Program-made: the position numbers and the translations under genes
Notes under the pieces: generated by a model
Seen by the model: the letters and a program-made list of their open reading frames with translations, nothing else
Told to the model about the DNA's origin: nothing
Database searches by the model: none
NCBI GenBank assembly: GCA_001767855.1
Contig: MEMF01000002.1
Coordinates: 808,893-872,892, forward strand
DNA: 64,000 nt
From: Alphaproteobacteria bacterium RIFCSPHIGHO2_01_FULL_41_14
GTDB lineage: Bacteria > Pseudomonadota > Alphaproteobacteria > UBA7879 > UBA5542
Direction of reading: 5' to 3'
Shown: positions 1 to 10,257 of the stretch, in pieces
How positions within the stretch are numbered: the first letter of the stretch is position 1
Layout of the letters: each line of letters begins with the position of its first letter

Positions 1-53
1 ATTTGCTCTTTCTTAATGTCTTTGAATGTTTTGGTGTATGTCCTGGTCCACAT
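1..53 (-). CDS. 5' end of a probable SRPBCC/polyketide-cyclase-like protein (runs off the window)
   Basis: AGGAG RBS then ATG at 53; translates MWTRTYTKTFKDIKKEQ; family call from recalled N-terminal resemblance only. Confidence 0.45.
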   Translation of the reverse strand, partial: MWTRTYTKTFKDIKKEQ

Positions 54-121
54 AGTGTTTCTCCTAGATGATAAGACTATCCTAGACCATAAAGCCCGAG
101 AAGCCAATGGTGGCTCGTTCC

Positions 122-2338
122 CTACCCCCCGAACTTATTACTCTTGGAAAATCCGGTGGGGGCCAACCGTCCAGCGGAGGCCCGGCGGCCTAGCCATGTG
201 GTCAGGTCTGTTTCCTGGTAACTTTTCTTTTTGTTCGACCAAGTGAGGCCCGTTTGCAAGGTGAACGTCTTCACGTCAGAGAGTCCCCCATCGCCATATT
301 TCTGCAGCATGACCCCTCGCCCCCTGCTCATGGTAGGCAGGTCCGCCACGGGGAAGAGCAGCATTTTTCTGTTCTCACCCACCACAGCCACAGTGTCACC
401 CGCAATTTTATGACAGACGAGCGCCCGCTCTTTGTCGTCTAGATTCAGAATTTGCTTACCGTTTTTGGTTTGGGCCACGGCACTCGCCGCCTCCACCACA
501 AATCCACGCCCTGTGGAGGACGCTACCAAAAACTTATCCCCCTCTTGATACGGTTCCATCAGCAGAACTTCAGCCTCTGGCGGCAAATCGAGGAACATAC
601 GGATGGGTTCGCCAAATCCACGGCCCCCCGGAACATCGCACGCCCGCATGGTATAAAACCGACCATCTGTCCCAAAGAAAAGAAGGCGCTCGGTGGTGTC
701 TGTTTTCACCATCAAGGACAATTCATCCCCGTCTTTGTATTTAATCTCATCGAGCTCGATAGAATGCCCCTTGAAAGAACGGATCCATCCCTTTTGAGTG
801 AAGATAATGGTCACGGATTCTTTCTCAACGGTGGCTTCTAGCGGAATGAACGTCGCCTCTTCCACAACTTCAATTTTTGTCCGTCGGGGCCCAAGAACCA
901 CGTCATCCCCAAACTGGGTTTCCATCTCTTTGACTTCAGCCTTTAAATGGGCCATCTTTGCCGAGGGATTAGACAAGAGCTCGTTCAATATTTTGGCTTC
1001 GGCTTCTAATGTATCGAGCTCTGTTTGAATTTGCAGTTGCTCTAATTTCCGGAGCGACCGCAATCTCATATTCAGGATGGCTTCCACCTGCACATCACTG
1101 AGATGCCATTTTTTTTGCATCACCGGTTTAGGCTCATCTTCTTCTCGAATAATACGGATGACCGCATCCAAATTGAGGTATGCAATCAGCAGTCCTTTCA
1201 AGATCTCCATCCGATGGGCAATTTCTTTCAATCGATAGTCAGAACACCGCTTTAAAACCACAAGCCGGTGACTAATATATTCCTCTAAAATTTCTTTGAG
1301 GTTCATCACCCGCGGTACATTTTGATGGTTCAACACATTCATGTTTAGGTTGACGCGCGTTTCCAAGTCTGACTGCTTGAACAAGATGGACATGAGCACC
1401 GCAGGATCCACCGACCGGCTCTTCGGCGTCAGGACTACGCGGATATCATCGGTGGACTCATCGAGCACATTAGAGAGGAAAGGCACTTTTTTATTCAGCA
1501 AAAGATTGGCCAACTGTTCAACCAGTCTGCCTTTTTCCACTTGGTAAGGGATTTGGGTAATAATGATTTGGTATTGCCCATGCTCCAGGGGTTCGATCTC
1601 ATAGCGCGCTCTCACCCGCAGACTCCCCCGCCCGGTTTCATAAACACTGCGGATGGTTTGTTTGTTTTCAATGAGCTGGCCGCCGGTGGGAAGATCAGGC
1701 CCCATGACGAATTCCAGCAAATCTTGAACTTCACAGTCGGGGTAATCGATCAGATGGGTGAGCGCCCCGCATAGTTCTTTCACATTATGGGGAGGGATGC
1801 TGGTAGCCATTCCCACCGCAATGCCTTCCGACCCATTCGCCAGCAAATTAGGAAACTTGCCTGGGAACACCACGGGTTCTTGATGCTCTCCATCATACGT
1901 CTCGCGCAAGTCCACCGCGTCTTCGTCGAGCCCATCCATCAAGGCATGGGCCACAGCCGTCAACCGCGCTTCGGTATAACGCATAGCAGCCGCGTTGTCG
2001 CCATCAATATTTCCAAAGTTCCCTTGACCTTCAACCAGCGGATACCGCAGCGTGAAATCTTGGGCTAATCGCACCAATGCATTATAAACGGCCACATCTC
2101 CATGAGGGTGATATTTACCGAGTACGTCTCCCACAATACGTCCACATTTCTTTGGAGAAGATTTGGGATCCAGCTTTAACTCACGCATGGCAAAAATCAA
2201 CCGACGGTGCACCGGCTTCAGCCCATCCCGCACATCAGGTAAAGATCGTGCCATAATGGTAGAGAGAGCGTAAGAAAGATATCTCTCCCCCAGAGCGTCT
2301 TTAAAAAGGATTGTTTTTTCGGTCGACATCTTCGTCAT
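122..2338 (-). CDS. parC: DNA topoisomerase IV subunit A
   Basis: LPDVRDGLKPVHRR, YHPHGD, AAMRYTEARL; 738 aa; follows recO as in other alphaproteobacteria. Confidence 0.95.
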   Translation of the reverse strand: MTKMSTEKTILFKDALGERYLSYALSTIMARSLPDVRDGLKPVHRRLIFAMRELKLDPKSSPKKCGRIVGDVLGKYHPHGDVAVYNALVRLAQDFTLRYPLVEGQGNFGNIDGDNAAAMRYTEARLTAVAHALMDGLDEDAVDLRETYDGEHQEPVVFPGKFPNLLANGSEGIAVGMATSIPPHNVKELCGALTHLIDYPDCEVQDLLEFVMGPDLPTGGQLIENKQTIRSVYETGRGSLRVRARYEIEPLEHGQYQIIITQIPYQVEKGRLVEQLANLLLNKKVPFLSNVLDESTDDIRVVLTPKSRSVDPAVLMSILFKQSDLETRVNLNMNVLNHQNVPRVMNLKEILEEYISHRLVVLKRCSDYRLKEIAHRMEILKGLLIAYLNLDAVIRIIREEDEPKPVMQKKWHLSDVQVEAILNMRLRSLRKLEQLQIQTELDTLEAEAKILNELLSNPSAKMAHLKAEVKEMETQFGDDVVLGPRRTKIEVVEEATFIPLEATVEKESVTIIFTQKGWIRSFKGHSIELDEIKYKDGDELSLMVKTDTTERLLFFGTDGRFYTMRACDVPGGRGFGEPIRMFLDLPPEAEVLLMEPYQEGDKFLVASSTGRGFVVEAASAVAQTKNGKQILNLDDKERALVCHKIAGDTVAVVGENRKMLLFPVADLPTMSRGRGVMLQKYGDGGLSDVKTFTLQTGLTWSNKKKSYQETDLTTWLGRRASAGRLAPTGFSKSNKFGG

Positions 2339-3048
2339 AAAGTCTCTATAAATCGTTGTCTCATCTGAAAGAGAGAATCGTACTTCTGTTCAGAAAAGTG
2401 TTTTGTCAAAAAATGGCCCATCAACTCAAGGCCTCTTAAAATTTCAGCGTGATCCGCCCCCTGATCTTCTTTTACCAGGAAAGCAGGCAACGACAAAAGT
2501 TTGTCATGATACGGACGTCCCACCTCTTCGGTGACCGCACATCCCGTTCGGGGTGACACGTATTTTAAATTTTCTGCCGTATTCGTCACCGCACACGAGT
2601 TTAGTTTAAGGCCGAACCCAAGCTCTTGCAAGAGATGGTATTCAAATAGTATGTATCCCCTCTCCCATTCCTCTTCTTCCCCCAGCATTTTCAAGAACTG
2701 TTTCCAGGTATGAAAGAAAGAAGGATAGGGATGCCGCTCGGGCAAAAGCTGAGACGTAAACTGGGCCGCAACGGTTAAGGCCATCAATCGTTTCGCATCT
2801 AGAAAAATCTCTGCCAGATAAGATTTCTCTGCTTCCAAACGCCAGCTTCCCATATGCTCTGAGAGCCGCGCTTTCCAGTGACACGCAGCAAGAGTTCCCA
2901 CTTGAAGAGATTGGTTTGTTCTTGATCTGATGTTCTTCAGGATCCCCGCATGACATCCATGATGGTGGGTGAGGATCTGGACAATCCCATCTTTTTCCCC
3001 AAAAGACCGGACGCTGAGCACGATGCCTTGGTCTGTCCACCCCCCCAT
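2335..3048 (-). CDS. recO: DNA repair protein RecO
   Basis: WTDQGIVLSVR N-terminus, LLPERHPYP, ELGFGL..CAVT..YVSPRTG; follows era. Confidence 0.93.
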   Translation of the reverse strand: MGGWTDQGIVLSVRSFGEKDGIVQILTHHHGCHAGILKNIRSRTNQSLQVGTLAACHWKARLSEHMGSWRLEAEKSYLAEIFLDAKRLMALTVAAQFTSQLLPERHPYPSFFHTWKQFLKMLGEEEEWERGYILFEYHLLQELGFGLKLNSCAVTNTAENLKYVSPRTGCAVTEEVGRPYHDKLLSLPAFLVKEDQGADHAEILRGLELMGHFLTKHFSEQKYDSLFQMRQRFIETL

Positions 3049-3948
3049 TTAGACTAAATCAAGCCCCAACTCTTGGTAAAATTCGGGGTTGTCCTGCCAT
3101 TTTTCATCCACTTTGACATGTAAGAATAAATGCACCTTACATCCCAGCGCTTTTGAAATTTCCGTGCGCGCGATCTCACCAATGGTTTTAATCTTCGTTC
3201 CTCCTTTGCCCAAGATAATGGCTTTATGGCTCGGGCGGGACACACAAATAAGTTGGAAAATTTTCACATCCCCATTGTCAAAGTCTTCCCACTTTTCCGT
3301 TTGCACCGCAAGGCCATGGGGCACTTCATCGTGCACTTGATGCAGCAGCACCTCCCGCGTCAGCTCTGCTGCCAAAAACCGCTCGGAAAGGTTTGAAAGC
3401 TGATCTTCCGGATACATCCACGGTCCTTCTGGCAAGGATTCGGATAAGAACTCTTCGAGCTTTGGAAGCCCTGTTTTTTTCTGGGCCGAAATCATAAATA
3501 CTTTTTTAAAGTTAAAGGCAGCGGTCAACTCTTCTGTCAGACCTAGCAGCTTAGATTTATCTTTCAGCCTATCGGTTTTATTCAACACCAAAACCACTTT
3601 TTCTTCTACCGTTCTAAGGCGTTCGATGATTTTCTTGGTGTCTTCCAAAAGATAGGGGCTGTTGGTATCCACAATCAGAAGAATCACATGGGCTTCTGCC
3701 GTTGCTTGCCACGCCGCCGACACCATGGACTTTTCCAGGCGACCTTTTGTATCAAAAAAGATGCCTGGGGTGTCTATCAAGACTGCCTGCATCTCTCCCT
3801 TGGTGAGAATGCCGGCCACCCGGGTGCGGGTGGTTTGTCTCTTGTGGCATACAATGGAGAGCTTCTCTCCCAACAAGGCATTTAGCAAGGTGGATTTCCC
3901 TGCATTCGGCACACCCATCAGAGTGACAAAGCCAAATTTAGTCATCAA
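3049..3948 (-). CDS. era: GTPase Era
   Basis: GVPNAGKSTL, QTTR, DTPG, NKTD, C-terminal KH domain (ILGKGG). Confidence 0.97.
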   Translation of the reverse strand: MMTKFGFVTLMGVPNAGKSTLLNALLGEKLSIVCHKRQTTRTRVAGILTKGEMQAVLIDTPGIFFDTKGRLEKSMVSAAWQATAEAHVILLIVDTNSPYLLEDTKKIIERLRTVEEKVVLVLNKTDRLKDKSKLLGLTEELTAAFNFKKVFMISAQKKTGLPKLEEFLSESLPEGPWMYPEDQLSNLSERFLAAELTREVLLHQVHDEVPHGLAVQTEKWEDFDNGDVKIFQLICVSRPSHKAIILGKGGTKIKTIGEIARTEISKALGCKVHLFLHVKVDEKWQDNPEFYQELGLDLV

Positions 3949-4621
3949 ATCCTTTTTTCTTTAATAGAAATAACATTTCAGACGCAGCTTGCTGTTCTGC
4001 TTGCCGGCGTGAGGGCCCTTCTCCATAAACAACGGGTTCATCCAGAACAGCAAGAGAGACTTTAAAATAAGGAGCATGATCAGGGCCTGTAATAGCCATG
4101 ACGGAATACTGAGGCAATGGTTTCTTATGTTTCTGCACTAATTCCTGTAACTGGGTTTTGGCATCCACAGAAATTTCCACAGATTGCTCTTCTAGCAAAG
4201 GACTCCATCGTTCCAAGATAAACCGGTACGCACTGTCAAACCCCCCATCCAAATAGATAGCCCCAATCAAAGCCTCACACGCATCTGCCAGAATGGATTC
4301 ATTTTTTTGGCCATCCGCCACGAGCTCGTTTTCAGCCATATAAATGAAATCCCCCAAATTCAATGACTGAGCCACCTTCAACAGGGCTTCTTTCCGCACC
4401 AAGTTTGTGAACCGCTTTGACAGATCCCCTTCCTTATTCTGGGGGTACCGATGGTATAAATAAGACGCAATCACCAAGCCCAAAACACGATCTCCTAAAA
4501 ACTCACACCGCTCGTAATTGTCAAGCCGGGTTTTTTGAGGAAAGCTCGGATGCGTCAATGCTTTTTTAAGCAACTTGGCATCTTGAAAGGTATAATTTAA
4601 ACTCAGTTTTTTATGAGGCAT
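3938..4621 (-). CDS. rnc: Ribonuclease III
   Basis: ERCEFLGDRVLG signature, ADACEALIGAIYLDGG, C-terminal dsRBD. Confidence 0.97.
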   Translation of the reverse strand: MPHKKLSLNYTFQDAKLLKKALTHPSFPQKTRLDNYERCEFLGDRVLGLVIASYLYHRYPQNKEGDLSKRFTNLVRKEALLKVAQSLNLGDFIYMAENELVADGQKNESILADACEALIGAIYLDGGFDSAYRFILERWSPLLEEQSVEISVDAKTQLQELVQKHKKPLPQYSVMAITGPDHAPYFKVSLAVLDEPVVYGEGPSRRQAEQQAASEMLFLLKKKGFDD

Positions 4622-4623
4622 GG

Positions 4624-5478
4624 CTAATGAATAACAGACAGAAATCTACGAAGGCGCACAATATCAGGCCACTTCAAAATTTTCCACAAATCTAAGATAC
4701 CCGAATCAATGGAGAAAAGAATCATCTTGGCCTGACCAATGAGATAGTCTTTATGAACGGGGCCTAATTTATACCGACTATCATTGGAATGGTTGCGGTT
4801 ATCCCCAATCATAAAGAAATGGTCTGCTGGCACGATATATTCCTCCGTATTGTCCCCAGGTGCCATTCCCTCTTCTGATTCCCGAATAATCTTGTGTTCT
4901 ACACCATTCGGGAGTGTTTCGAGATATTGCGCCACGGGCCGCAGACGACCTGAGGGCATCTTTTCCTCGAACACACCGTCTGGTCGTTGAGGACAAGCCT
5001 CCCCATTAATATACAAAATGCCTTGTTTAAATTGAATCCGATCCCCGGGCAAGCCAATCACGCGCTTAACCCAATAAGAATCGAGCGGGATGTGATCTGG
5101 GACCACAAAAAACCATTCAAAAATCCCTTTAATATCCCCCCAGACTCTTTCTAGACGCGGCAATTCCGCCCCTTCTGGGTATCTAAAGACGGTAATCTCT
5201 CCTCGCTCAGGGGGCTTGAAAAAGAGGCGTTCCCCAGAAACCAAGGGTAAGCTATAGGGGAAAGAGTGTTTACTATACCCATATTTGCCCGTATACACTG
5301 CCAAATAGTCTCCGATGAGCAGCGTGGGATAGAGAGATTCTGACGGAATTTTAAAAGGCTGAAAAACCAAACTGCGAATCAGCAGCGCTACCGAAATAGC
5401 TAAAACAATTTCACCTAGATTTCTCAAAAATCCTTTGGGTTGAACTTTTTTTCTTGAAGACCGCTTTAAGATTCTCAT
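4624..5478 (-). CDS. lepB: Signal peptidase I (start more likely 5478 than the track's 5511)
   Basis: IPSESLYPTL (catalytic Ser), VKRVIGLPGD (Lys), GDNRNHSNDSR. Confidence 0.95.
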   Translation of the reverse strand: MRILKRSSRKKVQPKGFLRNLGEIVLAISVALLIRSLVFQPFKIPSESLYPTLLIGDYLAVYTGKYGYSKHSFPYSLPLVSGERLFFKPPERGEITVFRYPEGAELPRLERVWGDIKGIFEWFFVVPDHIPLDSYWVKRVIGLPGDRIQFKQGILYINGEACPQRPDGVFEEKMPSGRLRPVAQYLETLPNGVEHKIIRESEEGMAPGDNTEEYIVPADHFFMIGDNRNHSNDSRYKLGPVHKDYLIGQAKMILFSIDSGILDLWKILKWPDIVRLRRFLSVIH

Positions 5479-5482
5479 ACGA

Positions 5483-5887
5483 CTACCTAAACTCTGTTGA
5501 AATAATGACAAAAGCTAAAGCCATAGGATACTCATCCGACAAGCTTAAATCAATTTTAATTTCTTTCCCTGCAAAACAGTCTAGAACATACGTCAAACTC
5601 TGCCCTTTGACAACGAAAGAGGGTTTCCCTTTTAAATTATTTTCGACTGCCAAGTCTAAAAATCTCAAATTTTTTCCAAACCCACACCCCATGGCTTTAG
5701 AAAAAGCTTCTTTGGCAGCAAATCTTTTGGCAAAAAACATGGCCTGCAACTTGGCGTCCAAGTAGCGCTCTGCTGCCAGCCTCTCGTCTTCTGTAAATGT
5801 TTTTTCTAGAAACCTTTGACCATGCGTTTGGATCAATGTCTCAATACGACGCACGTCTACAAGATCTGTTCCGATTCCCAATATCAC
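5483..5887 (-). CDS. acpS: Holo-ACP synthase
   Basis: GIGTDLV, RFAAKEAFSKAMG, LSLSDE. Confidence 0.96.
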   Translation of the reverse strand: MILGIGTDLVDVRRIETLIQTHGQRFLEKTFTEDERLAAERYLDAKLQAMFFAKRFAAKEAFSKAMGCGFGKNLRFLDLAVENNLKGKPSFVVKGQSLTYVLDCFAGKEIKIDLSLSDEYPMALAFVIISTEFR

Positions 5888-8025
5888 TAAATACGTTCCA
5901 CTATATGCACAACCTCCGACATCCGCAAGCTCTCTAAGATGGAGCTCAAATGGTTTAAGTCATGTACCATAAGATCTACAGAAAAATCAAATAAATCAGA
6001 ATTTCGACGGGTAATTTTAATATCAGAAATATTCCCCCCCTTCTGCCCAATCACGGTTGTAAACTCTCCTAAGCTGCCAGCTGTATTGTATAAGACGGCA
6101 AAGATGCGGGAGACATACATATCTTCTTTAGAAATCGGCCCCCAGCTTACATTCAGAAGACGTCTCACGTCTCCTTGAAACCCTTCCACATCTTCACACT
6201 CTTCTTTGTGAATGGTCACCCCTTTCCCCGTTGTCACAAGTCCCACGATGCTTTCCCCCGGCAAAGGATGGCAACATCCCGCATAATGAATCACCATTCC
6301 AGGCACCAGCCCTTTGATCTCACTTTTTGGCTTGGGTTTTTTAGGAAGCTTACCTTTAGCTGGCGCCAAAGTCACCGGCGCCCCCTCCACAGACTCTTTT
6401 TTTTCTGACGGATGAATCACATTCTCCAGCTCACGCGTCGTGATCACCCCCTCCCCTAAAGACGCATAAAAATCCTCTTCTTCTAACTGAAATTTTTTAA
6501 GGAGTTTAGGAAGAATATCTCCCACTTTTTTTTTCGGAATAGCTTGCAATTCTTTCAGGAAAATTGATTTCCCTGTAGATAAAAACTGAGACCTTTTCTT
6601 CGATCTTAAAAATCTCCGGATGTTGGTTTTTGCTTTACCGGTGACCACAAATCTTTCCCAGGTAGGAGACGGATTTTGACCCGGAGAAATCACAATCTCA
6701 ACTTGATCCCCATTGCGAAGTTCAGTACGCAAGGGCATCAGCTTGCCGTTAATTTTAGCCCCTTTGCAGCGATTGCCGATGTCCGAGTGGACGGCATAGG
6801 CAAAATCAACGGGGGTTGACCCACGCCTCAGCGCAATGAGGTCTCCGTAAGGGGTAAAGCAAAATACCTGGTCGTGAAACATTTCCAGCTTTGTATGCTC
6901 AAGAAACTCATCATCCCCCGCCGCATGCTCTAAAATATCCAACAAGCCTCGTACCCAACGATATTGTTTTCCCTCTTTGGGCTTAATACCTTGCTTATAT
7001 TGCCAATGCGCCGCTACTCCATACTCGGCTACTTCTTGCATAGCATAGGTGCGAATTTGTATTTCAATCTGACGCTGTTTGGGGCCAATCACATAAGTGT
7101 GAAGAGATTGATAATTATTGGGCTTGGGGGTTGAAATATAATCTTTAAATCGACCAGGAATCACAAAGAACTCGTTATGAATAATCCCCAGAGCATGATA
7201 ACAATCTGCAATGGAATCAACCAGGATCCGAAAAGCAACCACGTCGCAAAGTTGTTCAAAACTGACATTCTTGTTTTGCATCTTTCGCCAAATGGAGTAC
7301 GGGCTTTTTTCGCGCCCCGTCACCGTTGCTTTGATCCCCGCCTTTTGCATCACACCACCCAGATCTTGAACCACAAAGGACATGGTGCTTTTATCAAGCT
7401 GATGCAAATGCCTGATGCGATTAGTGATAATGGTATAGGCCTCTGGGTTCAGTTGCGAGAAAGACAAATCGTGAAGCTCTTCCTGAATGCCCTTCATACC
7501 AATGCGTTCAGACAAGGGAGCATAGATTTCAAGGGTCTCCAAAGCCACACGACGCCGGCTCTCTTCTGATTGAACATGCTTAATGGTCCGCATATTATGA
7601 AGACGATCACAAAGCTTGATCATCAGAATGCGAATATCGTCCGACATGGCCAGCACAAGGCGACGAAAATTTTCTGCTTGTTTTTGTTCGGTGGACTGCA
7701 ACCCAATCCGCGCGAGTTTCGTTACGCCCTGCACGAGAGACGTAATTTCAGATCCAAATATTTTTTCCACATCTTTGAGGGTGGCTGCCGTGTCTTCCAC
7801 CGTATCATGCAAAAGGCCCGCGATGACGGAGGGTACATCCATCTTGAGGTCCGCCAACATTTCAGCCACCGCCAACGGGTGCATAATGTAAGGCTCTCCT
7901 GAGGCTCGCTTTTGATCAACATGATGGGCCTCAGCAAAATCATATGCTTTTTTAATCAGCTGGGCATCTGCCCGGGGGGCGTAGGAGAGAACTTTATTGA
8001 CAAGTTCAGAGGCGTTCAACGACAT
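5887..8025 (-). CDS. spoT: Full-length bifunctional (p)ppGpp synthetase/hydrolase (RSH)
   Basis: HD domain (LLHDTVED), KDYISTPKPNNYQSLHT, TGS (DFAYAVHSDIG), CCHPLPG, ACT domain. Confidence 0.95.
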   Translation of the reverse strand: MSLNASELVNKVLSYAPRADAQLIKKAYDFAEAHHVDQKRASGEPYIMHPLAVAEMLADLKMDVPSVIAGLLHDTVEDTAATLKDVEKIFGSEITSLVQGVTKLARIGLQSTEQKQAENFRRLVLAMSDDIRILMIKLCDRLHNMRTIKHVQSEESRRRVALETLEIYAPLSERIGMKGIQEELHDLSFSQLNPEAYTIITNRIRHLHQLDKSTMSFVVQDLGGVMQKAGIKATVTGREKSPYSIWRKMQNKNVSFEQLCDVVAFRILVDSIADCYHALGIIHNEFFVIPGRFKDYISTPKPNNYQSLHTYVIGPKQRQIEIQIRTYAMQEVAEYGVAAHWQYKQGIKPKEGKQYRWVRGLLDILEHAAGDDEFLEHTKLEMFHDQVFCFTPYGDLIALRRGSTPVDFAYAVHSDIGNRCKGAKINGKLMPLRTELRNGDQVEIVISPGQNPSPTWERFVVTGKAKTNIRRFLRSKKRSQFLSTGKSIFLKELQAIPKKKVGDILPKLLKKFQLEEEDFYASLGEGVITTRELENVIHPSEKKESVEGAPVTLAPAKGKLPKKPKPKSEIKGLVPGMVIHYAGCCHPLPGESIVGLVTTGKGVTIHKEECEDVEGFQGDVRRLLNVSWGPISKEDMYVSRIFAVLYNTAGSLGEFTTVIGQKGGNISDIKITRRNSDLFDFSVDLMVHDLNHLSSILESLRMSEVVHIVERI

Positions 8026-8031
8026 TCAATT

Positions 8032-8053
8032 AAAAAGGGCACAAAAAGTGCCC
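8032..8053 (-). terminator. Putative intrinsic terminator/attenuator between rpoZ and spoT
   Basis: Minus strand GGGCAC-TTTTT-GTGCCC followed by TTTTT. Confidence 0.55.
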
Positions 8054-8082
8054 CCTCCTTCACAAAAAACCCTAGATCTTGT

Positions 8083-8532
8083 TCAGGCTTCGCCGTTTTC
8101 TTGGCCGTTTTCCTGGCCATTTTCCAAGTCTTCCAAAATTGCTTCCTCAGAAACTTCTTCATGATGTTCTTCGGTCTCCAAATCATCGACAATGGTTAAG
8201 ACATCTTCCTTGATTTCTTCTTCAATGTTACCACTTTCTTGACCGCTCAACCAACTGTTTTCCTCAGAGAGGGCCTCAACAGCCTGCCTCTCTTCATCAT
8301 CTTCTTCCACATGCAGTTGAAAGCTCTGAATAAGTCCTTCTGACAGAAGATCGACGGAAACAGTGCCCTCCGCAATTTCACGCAAAGCGATCACCGAGCT
8401 TTTGTCGTTATCTTTTTCAACCGTTAAAGGGGCGCCTGTGGAAATCTCGTGCACCCGCTGAGACGCCATCAACACTAAATCAAAGCGATTGGGAATTCTT
8501 GTAATACAATCTTCAACCGTTACGCGAGCCAT
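8083..8532 (-). CDS. rpoZ: RNA polymerase omega subunit with acidic tail
   Basis: [28 protein letters not shown]. Confidence 0.96.
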   Translation of the reverse strand: MARVTVEDCITRIPNRFDLVLMASQRVHEISTGAPLTVEKDNDKSSVIALREIAEGTVSVDLLSEGLIQSFQLHVEEDDEERQAVEALSEENSWLSGQESGNIEEEIKEDVLTIVDDLETEEHHEEVSEEAILEDLENGQENGQENGEA

Positions 8533-8721
8533 TGTGATCCTCTATTCCTAAAATTCAGAAGGTACTATATACCTAAAAAAGGAATAAGTCTAGCTTTTAG
8601 CTGAAAAAATGAATCTTAGATTCTCTCAAGAAACAGGGGTGGGGATCAAAAAAATTTTCTATCCCTAACCCCCCCTTAAATAGAGGAGGACAAAAATCGA
8701 GAGATATTGTATAAAAACTCT

Positions 8722-9849
8722 ATGAATCCACTTTATATCACCCAACAAGGGCAGCTTGAGACACTCTGTCAGTCCCTCTCCGAAAATAAACCCAAAGTCA
8801 TCAGTGTTGATACCGAATTTATCCGGCAAACCACGTATTGGCCGAAGCTATGCCTTATTCAATTGGGGTTTAGAGACCAGATCGTTCTCATTGACCCCTT
8901 ACCCGAAGCGCTGGATCTTTCTCCGTTAAAATCCATGTTTCTGGATAATGAGATCCTGAAGATCTTCCATGCCGCCCGCCAAGACCTTGAGGTCTTGTAT
9001 GTGCTCTGGAATGACGTTCCCCAAACCATCGCTGACACCCAAATCCTGGCCATGGTCTGTGGCTTTGGAGACAGCATCTCGTATGACAAACTTTCGGAAG
9101 CCATCGCTGGGCAAAAAATTGATAAGTCGCAGCAGCACACGGACTGGGCCCAGCGCCCCCTATCTCCCAAACAGATGGCCTATGCTATGGGGGATGTTCA
9201 GTGGCTTGGGCTCATTTATGATAAATTGTGTCTACAGGCCGGGAATAAGATAGAGTATATCCGCGAAGAATTAGATTTCCTGAAAAACCCCGAGCTTTAC
9301 AAGCCTGCCCCTGATAAAGCCTGGCTAAAAATCAAAACCCACACCCATCATAAACCCGAAGTTCTGGGCGTGCTGAAAGAAATTGCGGCGGTGCGTGAGC
9401 GCTATGCCGAGCAGCAAAACCGCCCCCGCTCTCATGTGATTAAGGACGAAGTGCTGGTTCAAATCGCGACGAAAAATGCCGTCTCTGAAAAAGATTTGGC
9501 GTCGTTCGGGATAAAAGACAACGACTTACAAAATGATCTTCTCAGCGCCATTCAGGCCGCCATCCCCCTTAGACAAATAAACTTCAAGTCCAAACAAAAC
9601 ACACCGCTCGTGGACATTCTCATTATTCTGTTAAAAATAATGGCAGACCAGCATGGGATTGCGTCCAAACTGATTGGAAATCGCGAGAAACTAGAGATTT
9701 TTCTTGAAAATCCGCAGCATTCCCCCCTCATGCAGGGCTGGAGGCTGGATCTCTTTGGGGACACTGCGTTTAAAATCAAAGAAGGGACAATAGCCCTGGC
9801 CTTTGATCCCAAAACCCATCAGCCGGTGTTTACAACCCTAAAGTCATAA
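8722..9849 (+). CDS. rnd: Ribonuclease D (track start 8707 TTG; ATG at 8722)
   Basis: VDTEFIRQTTYWPKLCLIQ, FHAARQD, TDWAQRPLS, HRDC region. Confidence 0.93.
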   Translation: MNPLYITQQGQLETLCQSLSENKPKVISVDTEFIRQTTYWPKLCLIQLGFRDQIVLIDPLPEALDLSPLKSMFLDNEILKIFHAARQDLEVLYVLWNDVPQTIADTQILAMVCGFGDSISYDKLSEAIAGQKIDKSQQHTDWAQRPLSPKQMAYAMGDVQWLGLIYDKLCLQAGNKIEYIREELDFLKNPELYKPAPDKAWLKIKTHTHHKPEVLGVLKEIAAVRERYAEQQNRPRSHVIKDEVLVQIATKNAVSEKDLASFGIKDNDLQNDLLSAIQAAIPLRQINFKSKQNTPLVDILIILLKIMADQHGIASKLIGNREKLEIFLENPQHSPLMQGWRLDLFGDTAFKIKEGTIALAFDPKTHQPVFTTLKS

Positions 9850-9951
9850 GATGATCAACCGTCCGCCCACCCTCTTCCCCTAAATAAACCGCCACCTCTG
9901 GACAGGACGCCGAGGGTGATGTATGTTCTGCTGAAGATTTTTGGAGCATAA

Positions 9952-10248
9952 ATGTCGATTACCAAAGAACAAATCATCCACATTGAGAAACTCGCCCAGC
10001 TTAAAATGTCGGAATCAAAGGTGACGGAAATCACCGCCAGTTTGTCAAATGTTTTTGATTGGATTGACCAATTAAAGAAAGTGGACATCACAAATACAGA
10101 GCCTTTGGCTAACCCCGTGATTGATCTTATTCCCCAAACCCCTCTTCGGGAAGACGTGCCTCACCTTGAAAATTCCAGGGAAGATATTCTCGCTAACGCC
10201 CCTGAAAAAGACTATGGATTCTTTTTTGTCCCCAAGGTTGTGGAATAA
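9952..10248 (+). CDS. gatC: Asp/Glu-tRNA amidotransferase subunit C
   Basis: LREDV..ILANAP..FFVPKVVE; upstream of gatA. Confidence 0.93.
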   Translation: MSITKEQIIHIEKLAQLKMSESKVTEITASLSNVFDWIDQLKKVDITNTEPLANPVIDLIPQTPLREDVPHLENSREDILANAPEKDYGFFFVPKVVE

Positions 10249-10257
10249 GGACTGATC

